A stretch of 32,000 nucleotides of DNA from the NCBI RefSeq assembly GCF_043950625.1, contig NZ_CP171007.1. One strand, 5' to 3'. Within the stretch, counting starts at the first letter, position 1. Every line of letters begins with the position of its first letter. Source of the DNA: Alkanindiges sp. WGS2144. Its GTDB lineage: Bacteria; Pseudomonadota; Gammaproteobacteria; Pseudomonadales; Moraxellaceae. The notes under the pieces were generated by a model. That model made no database searches and was not told the DNA's origin. It was given only the letters and a program-made list of their open reading frames with translations. The translations under genes and the position numbers were made by a program. This document shows, in pieces, positions 11,297 through 21,199 of the stretch.

Positions 11297-12529
11297 ATGC
11301 CAGATCCCGTTAGCAATACCCGCATTGACAATAAATTAGTAGATCAAAAGCATAGCCAGAACCATGGCCTAAGCCGTAGTATGGTCATGTTAATGGCTTT
11401 TACTACTGGTGTGGTGGTTGCCAGCAATTATTATGCCCAACCGTTGCTGCATAGTATTGCGGACTATTTTGATTTGTCCTACTCCAGTGCTGGCGTCATT
11501 GTGACAGTTGCACAGCTGGCCTATGCCCTGGGGCTGGTATTGCTGGTGCCGCTGGGTGATTTGTTCGAGCAGCGCCGTTTAATGGTGGTCATGCTACTGT
11601 TGTCTACCAGTGGTTTAATCATCAGTGCACTGTCCCTGAATATCTGGATGCTGTTTATTGGTACGGCAATTACCAGCTTTTTTTCTGTGGTGGCGCAGGT
11701 GATTGTACCTTTTGGCGCTGCACTGGCTAGCCCTCAGCAGCGTGGTCAGGTAGTCGGTACCATCATGAGTGGTCTGTTGCTGGGAATTTTGCTGGCGCGA
11801 ACGGTGGCAGGCTTCCTGTCAGAAATTGGTGACTGGCGCAGTATCTACTGGTTTGCAGCAGTGGTGATTTTATTGACTACCATGTTGCTATATCGCACTT
11901 TACCGCAGCGTCAGCAACATGCTGGTCTCAATTATCTGCAATTACTGGCGACCATCTTCCGGTTTTTTAAAACTGAAAAAATATTCCTGTGGCGTTCGGT
12001 CATGGGTGGATTGATCTTTGCCTGTTTTGGTGTTTTGTGGACGCCATTGGCTTTTTTATTGGCTGAGCCGCCTTATGGTTATTCTAACTCGATCATTGGC
12101 TTGTTTGGTCTGGCTGGAGTTGCCGGGGCACTGGCCGCAACCAGCGCTGGCAAAATGGTGGATCAAGGCAGATCACGCGAGGCTACCACACTGGGCTGTA
12201 TCTTACTGATTGCTTCCTGGATACCAGTATATTTTGGGGCTCATTCAGTTATGGCTTTGGTGCTGGGTATCATTGTGCTGGACTTGTGTGTGCAACTGGT
12301 ACATGTGGTGAACCAGAATATCATTTACCAGATTAATCCTGAGGCGCGTAATCGCCTAAATGCCGGCTATATGCTGAGCTATTTTATCGGTGGAGCGCTA
12401 GGTTCGTTGATATCGGCGTGGATGTATCAACATTATGGCTGGGCTGGGGTATCGGTAATGGGATTTGTGTTAAGTAGCATGGCATTGGCAGTGTGGCTGG
12501 CTACACAGCGTTATCAGCAGGGTGTTTAG
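11297..12529 (+). CDS. MFS transporter
   Basis: 410 aa with about 12 TM segments and an MFS-like loop (PLGDLFEQRR) after TM2. The start codon is uncertain because no clear RBS is visible. Confidence 0.8.
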   Translation: MPDPVSNTRIDNKLVDQKHSQNHGLSRSMVMLMAFTTGVVVASNYYAQPLLHSIADYFDLSYSSAGVIVTVAQLAYALGLVLLVPLGDLFEQRRLMVVMLLLSTSGLIISALSLNIWMLFIGTAITSFFSVVAQVIVPFGAALASPQQRGQVVGTIMSGLLLGILLARTVAGFLSEIGDWRSIYWFAAVVILLTTMLLYRTLPQRQQHAGLNYLQLLATIFRFFKTEKIFLWRSVMGGLIFACFGVLWTPLAFLLAEPPYGYSNSIIGLFGLAGVAGALAATSAGKMVDQGRSREATTLGCILLIASWIPVYFGAHSVMALVLGIIVLDLCVQLVHVVNQNIIYQINPEARNRLNAGYMLSYFIGGALGSLISAWMYQHYGWAGVSVMGFVLSSMALAVWLATQRYQQGV

Positions 12530-12650
12530 TAATACATGCCGTTTAGAAAACAGCAATGACTATTTTGTGGTTCAAGATGAATAGATTATGGCATCGCCTT
12601 TTTATGGGATACACGCTATTTATAGTCTATTAAAGCAAAGGAAAAAGACG

Positions 12651-13340
12651 ATGCTTCCCAAAACAACTGCGCAACCGGATAGTTTAACTCTAGTCGCGCC
12701 TGCACCCTGGCAGCTAAAGGGCGAGGGCTATGTGGTGGTTGCATGGCTACCTGCAACAGGACATCCAGCCACAAAAAGCAGTTGGCTCAGGCCACATGGC
12801 AGTATCCGGTTGCTGATTTTTGCCCATTATACCCACAGCGACGCTGGCCCTTATGATGAACTACTGCATATTCCACATTTAAGCCACGGGGCGGTGCAGG
12901 GTTATCCTTCCATTGATAAAATTTATGTATCGACCATGGATTCGGTGGTAAATGGCCAGCAAAACTGGGGTATCCCTAAGCAACTGGCAGCATTCGACTA
13001 TCATAAAACTAAAGGACAGTCCGCTTGCGATCAGATACAGGTTAAAACACCAGACCAGCAGCCCATTGCGCGCATTAGTATTCAGCCCGGACGCATTCGT
13101 TTTCCGCTAAACACTGCCTTTGTTCCGGCACGGCTTAGAACACTGGTTCAGGATTGGCAGGGTAAACGCTTCTATACAGCACCGCAAGCATCCGGCCAAG
13201 CCGGTCTGGCTCGCGTCAGGGACTGGTGGTTTGACCCGGCTTATTTTCCCGACTTAGGCTCGGCAACCATATTGACGGCGATTAAAATTAACCGTTTTCA
13301 TATGACCTTTCCGGTGGCTAAAATAACCCAGCTGGATTAA
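12651..13340 (+). CDS. acetoacetate decarboxylase (ADC)-like family protein
   Basis: APWQLKGEGY, GPYDELL and NWGIPK resemble ADC-family signatures. The ATG at 12651 has RBS aaggaaaaa; the track ORF starts at 12588. Confidence 0.5.
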   Translation: MLPKTTAQPDSLTLVAPAPWQLKGEGYVVVAWLPATGHPATKSSWLRPHGSIRLLIFAHYTHSDAGPYDELLHIPHLSHGAVQGYPSIDKIYVSTMDSVVNGQQNWGIPKQLAAFDYHKTKGQSACDQIQVKTPDQQPIARISIQPGRIRFPLNTAFVPARLRTLVQDWQGKRFYTAPQASGQAGLARVRDWWFDPAYFPDLGSATILTAIKINRFHMTFPVAKITQLD

Positions 13341-13538
13341 TAATTTAAAACAGTTGGCTGGACAGCAAATTTGAATCAACCAAACTGCTCAATCAGGATG
13401 CTCTAACAACAAAGTCTGGTCTATAAAAATATAGATTGTTTGGGAAGCTCAAGCCCTTGAACTGGTTTTTATTGTAAGCTTAAAACAAGCTATTTTTTAT
13501 GCATTAAAACTATTTAAAATTCAATTCTTAAGAAGAAG

Positions 13539-13576
13539 CTGCTAATGAATGAAGGGTATTTCCCATCCTTAGCAGC
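13539..13576 (-). terminator. probable greA terminator
   Basis: gctgctaa (13539-13546) / ttagcagc (13569-13576) form an 8-bp stem. On the - strand the hairpin is followed by ttcttctt. The loop is long, with internal pairing. Confidence 0.4.
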
Positions 13577-13602
13577 CTCACTTTTTATTCTAGGTGAAAA
13601 GC

Positions 13603-14082
13603 CTAGCCGATGTATTTTACGCTCATGATTTCATATTCTACCTCACCACCCGGTGTGGTAATTCGCACTTCATCTCCCTCGCGTTTACCAATCAAGCCTC
13701 GGGCAATTGGCGAGTTAATGGAAATTTTGTTTTGCTTATAGTCGGCTTCATCATCGCCTACTAACTGATAGCTGCGGCGTTCTTCGGTATCCAGATTTTC
13801 AATTTCAACAGTTACGCCGAATACCACACGGCCATCCTGTGGCAGCTTGGCCACATCAATTACATCTGCTGCACCAAGCTTGGCTTCAATTTCCTGAATC
13901 CGGCCTTCACAAAAACCCTGCTGTTCCTTGGCAGCATGATATTCAGCATTTTCCTTTAAGTCACCGTGCGCACGTGCTTCGGCAATGGCTGCGATAATAC
14001 GTGGACGCTCAACAGATTTAAGTTGCTGTAATTCCTCTTGCAGAGCTTTTTCACCCTGTGGCGTCATGGGATAGCGTTGCAT
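13603..14082 (-). CDS. greA: transcription elongation factor GreA
   Basis: 159 aa. N-terminal coiled coil [17 protein letters not shown]...RPRII and a C-terminal GreA/B globular domain. It sits downstream of carB, as in pseudomonads and Acinetobacter. Confidence 0.95.
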   Translation of the reverse strand: MQRYPMTPQGEKALQEELQQLKSVERPRIIAAIAEARAHGDLKENAEYHAAKEQQGFCEGRIQEIEAKLGAADVIDVAKLPQDGRVVFGVTVEIENLDTEERRSYQLVGDDEADYKQNKISINSPIARGLIGKREGDEVRITTPGGEVEYEIMSVKYIG

Positions 14083-14135
14083 AATCAGATCCTTTTAAAA
14101 GTGATGCAGTACTCTATGGGTTAAAAATACAGCTT

Positions 14136-14170
14136 AAAAAAAAAGTTCCGCCACCTGACAGTGGCGGAAC
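14136..14170 (-). terminator. rho-independent terminator after carB
   Basis: gttccgccac / gtggcggaac form a perfect 10-bp stem with a 6-nt loop. On the - strand it is followed by nine T (the A-run at 14136-14144 on +). Confidence 0.85.
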
Positions 14171-14182
14171 CTTCAGATGCGA

Positions 14183-17413
<3,231 letters not shown>

Positions 17414-17533
17414 TGGAAACTCCTGAGTGAGGGTAAAGCGGAGCCGCTTCGCCTTGCAAAGCGGTGCTTTTCATCCGTCCGAGCACATGGCCAGAAGCTA
17501 TGCTTCGAGTAGCGTAATCATTCATCTTCATTA

Positions 17534-18673
17534 TCATTTTTTAGCCTGCTGCATCAGCTCAACAAAATGTTTGAACAATGGGGCACAGTCATGCGGACCG
17601 GGACAGGCTTCGGGGTGACCCTGAAAGCTAAAAGCTGGCTTGTCAGTGCGGTGAATGCCCTGATTGGTGCCATCAAACAAGGAGCGATGCGTGGCTCGCA
17701 GGTTGGCAGGCAGAGTGCTTTCATCCACAGCAAAGCCATGGTTCTGGCTGGTAATCATTACTGTGCCATCTTCCAGATTTTTTACCGGATGGTTAGCACC
17801 ATGATGGCCGTGATTCATCTTCATGGTTTTGGCACCTGAAGCCAGTGCCAGAATCTGATGACCCAGACAAATTCCGAATACCGGGATGTCGGTGGTATCT
17901 ACAATAGTTTTTACTGCCTCAACTGCATAATCACAGGCTGCAGGATCACCGGGACCATTGGACAGGAAAATACCGTCCGGATTCATGGCCAGAACCTCTG
18001 CCGCAGGGGTTTGGGCAGGCACTACGGTCAAACGGCAACCATGGTCAGCCAGCAGGCGCAATATATTGGTTTTAAAGCCGTAATCATAAGCAACTACATG
18101 GAATCTGGTTTCCGGGCGACTAAACCCTTTACCTAACTGCCATGAGCCCTCTTCCCATTTAAAACCTTCCGGGTCGCAGCACTCTTTGGCCAGATCTACG
18201 TTTTGCAGACCACCAAAGGCCCGCGCGGCGGCCAACGCCTGTGCCTCGGTAATATTTTCTCCTGCCAGAATGCAACCACCCTGTGACCCTTTATCGCGCA
18301 AAATACGGGTCAGCTTGCGGGTGTCAATGTCAGCAATCGCCACCACATTATGTTCTTTTAAATACTGGTCAAGTGGCTTGGATGAACGAAAATTGCTGGC
18401 CAGCAAAGGCAAGTCACGAATAACCAGACCATTGGCCCATACCCGCTTGGCGCGGCCGGACTCAAAGTCTTCCTCATTGACACCAGTGTTGCCAATATGC
18501 GGATAGGTCAGGGTTACAATTTGTTGGGCATAACTCGGGTCAGTTAAAATTTCCTGATAACCGGTCATGGCAGTGTTGAAAACGACTTCACCAGTCGTAC
18601 TACCCGTGGCTCCGATAGAGGTACCATGGAAAATGGTTCCATCGGCGAGGGCTAAAATGGCAGGGGTGCGCAA
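17534..18673 (-). CDS. carA: carbamoyl-phosphate synthase small (glutamine amidotransferase) subunit
   Basis: 379 aa with the GATase catalytic GICLGHQ and [10 protein letters not shown] motifs. TTG start with RBS aggag 7 nt upstream. Confidence 0.97.
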   Translation of the reverse strand: MRTPAILALADGTIFHGTSIGATGSTTGEVVFNTAMTGYQEILTDPSYAQQIVTLTYPHIGNTGVNEEDFESGRAKRVWANGLVIRDLPLLASNFRSSKPLDQYLKEHNVVAIADIDTRKLTRILRDKGSQGGCILAGENITEAQALAAARAFGGLQNVDLAKECCDPEGFKWEEGSWQLGKGFSRPETRFHVVAYDYGFKTNILRLLADHGCRLTVVPAQTPAAEVLAMNPDGIFLSNGPGDPAACDYAVEAVKTIVDTTDIPVFGICLGHQILALASGAKTMKMNHGHHGANHPVKNLEDGTVMITSQNHGFAVDESTLPANLRATHRSLFDGTNQGIHRTDKPAFSFQGHPEACPGPHDCAPLFKHFVELMQQAKK

Positions 18674-18713
18674 ACCGAAGCTCCTAAAGCTTTAACCACA
18701 TTATTGAGGCTGT

Positions 18714-18782
18714 AAAAAAGCGAGTAGACGTGCCAAATGATGACGTGTTTACTTAACACGGCCTCCTTGAGTCTGCTCGCTT
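18714..18782 (-). terminator. hairpin plus U6 in the carA 5' leader (candidate transcription attenuator)
   Basis: On the - strand, AAGCGAGCAGAC...GUCUACUCGCUU pair (one C.A mismatch), enclosing an inner CGUGUU/AACACG hairpin, and are followed directly by UUUUUU. The U-tract ends 40 nt before the carA TTG. No upstream - strand gene exists that it could terminate. Confidence 0.45.
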
Positions 18783-18795
18783 GAATTAACAGAGT

Positions 18796-18824
18796 ATTAT
18801 ACGGATTTGTCGGGCAAGAGTCTA
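18796..18824 (-). promoter_or_regulatory. candidate sigma70 promoter of carAB
   Basis: On the - strand: TAGACT (18824-18819), 17-nt spacer, perfect TATAAT (18801-18796). The predicted start falls just before the leader hairpin. Confidence 0.4.
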
Positions 18825-19003
18825 TGCCGCAGACAAGATTTCATGTAATTGACTAAAGCAACCAATTTTCTTTTGCTTAAAACAATAAATAGTTCTACGG
18901 CATGAACCTGCGCTGTAAAGTAGGTCAGCAAATATAGGAATATGAATAATATTAAAGATAATAGACCTCTTGCGAAAGTAAAAACTGCCTCAATATAGAT
19001 TTC

Positions 19004-19402
19004 ATGAAATATCAGAAATTAAACCGTTTTTCAGATTCTGAATTCAAGCGCTTGGTTGGTGTACCTCGACCAGTTTTTAGTGAAATGGTCGAAGTTTTAA
19101 AAGAAGCAGAATCACTTAAAAAGAAATCTGGGCGTCCTCATACTTTAGTTATAGAGGATCAATTATTATTAACACTCAATTACTTACGGAATTACAGCAC
19201 TCAATTGGAATTGGCTGCAAATTACCATATCGCTGAAAGTAATGTGAATCGAACCATTAAAAAGGTTGAAGATGCATTAATGAAATCAAGGCGTTTTACC
19301 CTGCCAAAACGAAGCATTACCACAGCAAACGAACAATTTAACTGGGTCATTATTGATGCTACAGAATGTTCAATAGAACGCCCGAAAAAAAAATCAGAGT
19401 AA
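19004..19402 (+). CDS. transposase OrfA (HTH part plus first catalytic D region)
   Basis: SDSEFKRLVGVPRPVF...GRPHTL is an HTH_Tnp_4-like N-terminus, and IIDATECSIERP carries the first DDE aspartate. The ORF ends just after an A9 tract. Confidence 0.8.
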   Translation: MKYQKLNRFSDSEFKRLVGVPRPVFSEMVEVLKEAESLKKKSGRPHTLVIEDQLLLTLNYLRNYSTQLELAANYHIAESNVNRTIKKVEDALMKSRRFTLPKRSITTANEQFNWVIIDATECSIERPKKKSE

Positions 19403-19445
19403 GTTCTACAGTGGTAAAAAGAAGAAACATACGCTAAAAGCCCAA

Positions 19446-19826
19446 GTGATCTATCATCCGAAGAGTAAACAAATCATAGGAGTAGATATATCTTCTGGCA
19501 GTCAGCATGATATTAAATTGGCAAGAAAAACAGTAAAAAAATTCAAACATTTTGAATATGTTATGACCGATTTAGGGTACTATGGGTTAGAGCAAGATGG
19601 CTTTAAATTATTGATGCCAATAAAGAAAAAGAAGAATTTACCCTTATTTGATGTTGAGAAAAAGTACAATAAAATGATTGGAAAAATACGAGTTGTAATC
19701 GAACATATTAACAGTCAATTGAAAAGATTTAGAATACTAAGTGAACGCTATCGAAATCGACGGAAAAGATTCGGTTTACGCATTAACTTAATCGCTGCAC
19801 TGGTAAACCGGATGAACTTGCAATAA
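19446..19826 (+). CDS. transposase OrfB (DDE C-terminal part); no independent start is expected
   Basis: This frame is open from 19377 and reads ...KFYSGKKKKHTLKAQV..., then VMTDLGYYG (second D) and RVVIEHINSQLKRF (E). It lies at +1 relative to OrfA and overlaps it across the A9 tract (19385-19393). Confidence 0.75.
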   Translation: MIYHPKSKQIIGVDISSGSQHDIKLARKTVKKFKHFEYVMTDLGYYGLEQDGFKLLMPIKKKKNLPLFDVEKKYNKMIGKIRVVIEHINSQLKRFRILSERYRNRRKRFGLRINLIAALVNRMNLQ

Positions 19827-19857
19827 CGACTTTCGCAAGAGGTCTAATATAAAAGCA

Positions 19858-19876
19858 AATTACACAAGAATTACAC
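19858..19876 (+). promoter_or_regulatory. direct repeat AATTACAC x2 at 11-bp periodicity (candidate regulator site)
   Basis: aattacac occurs at 19858-19865 and 19869-19876. The pair is 12 bp from the IS right end and about 120 bp upstream of the 19993 start. Confidence 0.25.
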
Positions 19877-19992
19877 TAGATAATTGCTGTATTAAAAACC
19901 TCACAATAAACCCTTAGCTGGCGGTTCAAGCGGCTTGTATAGTGAAGAACAGATAGGCGCTTATGACTTTTAATTTTTATTGGAGAACAACG

Positions 19993-20541
19993 ATGGCAAA
20001 TGAAAATCTTGACGATTTAAAAAAACAGACGAATGATCTGGTAAAAGAAGCAGTAGAAAAGGCGAATCAGCAGACAGAGATTGGCAAGGAAAAACTGCCT
20101 GATGAGCAAAAGGAAAAATTAGTGCAAGCCGGGCAAAAAGTCAGTGAACTGAAAGATCAAGCTCAAGAATCCTTGAAGAATTTACAGCAGACAGCCACAG
20201 ATCAAATGCAGGCAGCTCAGGATAAAGCCGCCGACCTTAAGGATCAGGCTAGTGAAATGATGGATGATAATACTGACAAACTGGCTGAGCTTAAAACCCA
20301 GGCCTTGGACAAAATAGAAGAATTAAAAAACAGAGCTTTGGAGAAACTAGAAGAAAATAACATCAATGTGGATGAGTTAAAAACCCAGGCAATGGACAAG
20401 TACGAAGAGCTGAAAACTAAAGCGCTGGAAACACTGGAAGAAAATGATATTAATGTTGATGAGCTAAAAGCGCAGGCGCTTGAGAAAATAGAAGAACTGA
20501 AAACCAGGACCAAGCAGGCGTTTGAGAAGATAAAAAGCTAA
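19993..20541 (+). CDS. hydrophilic coiled-coil repeat protein (hydrophilin / LEA- or apolipoprotein-like)
   Basis: The ATG at 19993 has RBS ggag 7 nt upstream. The 182 aa are dominated by E/K/D/Q/A/L, with no Cys or Trp and no hydrophobic segment. The C-terminal half consists of 29-aa tandem repeats (DELKTQAxDKxEELKxxALExLEENxINV). Confidence 0.7.
   Translation: MANENLDDLKKQTNDLVKEAVEKANQQTEIGKEKLPDEQKEKLVQAGQKVSELKDQAQESLKNLQQTATDQMQAAQDKAADLKDQASEMMDDNTDKLAELKTQALDKIEELKNRALEKLEENNINVDELKTQAMDKYEELKTKALETLEENDINVDELKAQALEKIEELKTRTKQAFEKIKS
20284..20523 (+). repeat. about 2.7 tandem copies of an 87-bp coding repeat
   Basis: Copies start at 20284, 20371 and 20458, exactly 87 bp apart. They are diverged mainly at synonymous or conservative positions. 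Confidence 0.85.
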
Positions 20542-20565
20542 AAAGCCAATAGACGCTCAATATCG

Positions 20566-20598
20566 GGATTGCATGGTACGCTGTGCAATCCTTTTTTA
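20566..20598 (+). terminator. rho-independent terminator
   Basis: ggattgca (20566-20573) / tgcaatcc (20584-20591) stem, followed by ttttttatt. Confidence 0.8.
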
Positions 20599-20720
20599 TT
20601 ATAAAAAATAAGAATATTACCGTTAATCTAAAACAAAAACTTGTCTAACAAAACGGGCAGGCTCCTGAAATTTTTATGTCATACTGATCAAACATCAGCC
20701 TATTTTACTGGAGCATGACC

Positions 20721-21167
20721 ATGACACAAAACACAGCAGCTAATAACAATACTACCAAGCAGCCCATTGATCAGTTAACTCAGCATATTGATCAGCTAAA
20801 AGAAAATGCAACAACGGCGCTGAGTGACTTAAAACAGGTAACGACCAGTGCGCTGGAGCGCTTTGAGACCCAGGCCGAGGTAGCCTCTGAAGCCCTGCAA
20901 AAAAATGTTACAGGTTTACACGAGGAATTAAACGCGCGGGTAAGCTATGCCAAGAGCCATTTTGGCAATAGTACACAAAGTGTGGCCACATTTTTGGGCA
21001 CTCTAAAGGCAGAGTTAAACACTGCGTTTAATGAGCTGGCGGGTGAGGCTCAAGGTACCTTTCAAGAGGTAAAGCAGGTGCTGGACAAAGCCAAAAATGA
21101 AACCCTCAGCAAGCTGGATGAACGCAAAGAAGCCACGCTGCAAGCATGGAAACAATTTAAAAGCTAA
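20721..21167 (+). CDS. hydrophilic alpha-helical protein, probable paralogue-type partner of the preceding gene
   Basis: ggag lies 7 nt before the ATG at 20721; an alternative ATG is at 20715. The 148 aa are rich in Q/T/E/K/A/L with no TM segment. The C-terminus QAWKQFKS resembles QAFEKIKS of the neighbouring protein. Confidence 0.65.
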   Translation: MTQNTAANNNTTKQPIDQLTQHIDQLKENATTALSDLKQVTTSALERFETQAEVASEALQKNVTGLHEELNARVSYAKSHFGNSTQSVATFLGTLKAELNTAFNELAGEAQGTFQEVKQVLDKAKNETLSKLDERKEATLQAWKQFKS

Positions 21168-21199
21168 GTACTGCAAGCATGGTACGCGACGCTATGAAT

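Larger units (their letters stand above)
18963..19845 (+). mobile_element. IS5-superfamily insertion sequence (~0.88 kb, two-ORF transposase)
   Basis: Perfect 17-bp terminal inverted repeats agacctcttgcgaaagt (18963-18979 and 19829-19845), flanked on both sides by AAT (a possible 3-bp target duplication). The element is visibly more AT-rich than its flanks and encodes HTH and DDE transposase parts. Confidence 0.85.

Noticed and set aside
18673-18768. A ~47-codon leader-peptide frame (AAGGAGG-cc-GTG at 18759) running through the carA leader terminator, by analogy with pyrBI.
   Set aside because: The SD-to-GTG spacing is only 2-4 nt, the frame ends inside carA, and nothing else supports translation. 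It is mentioned under the attenuator finding only as a possibility.
18935-18962. ARG-box-like sequence tatgaataatattaaag abutting the IS left end, as a possible ArgR operator of carAB truncated by the IS.
   Set aside because: Only the TGAAT half-site matches the E. coli-type consensus; the second half is poor. AT-rich sequence produces such matches easily.
20284-20523. Regularly spaced 87-bp repeats, considered as a possible CRISPR-like or satellite array.
   Set aside because: The repeats are contiguous with no spacers, in frame, and encode a 29-aa protein repeat. This is not CRISPR.
21138-21187. 12-bp direct repeat ctgcaagcatgg (21138-21149 and 21171-21182) spanning the stop codon of the second hydrophilin gene, plus an 11-mer gcatggtacgc shared with the terminator loop at 20571-20581.
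   Set aside because: 11-mer coincidences are expected by chance in 32 kb. The 12-mer may be a small local duplication, but I can attach no function to it.
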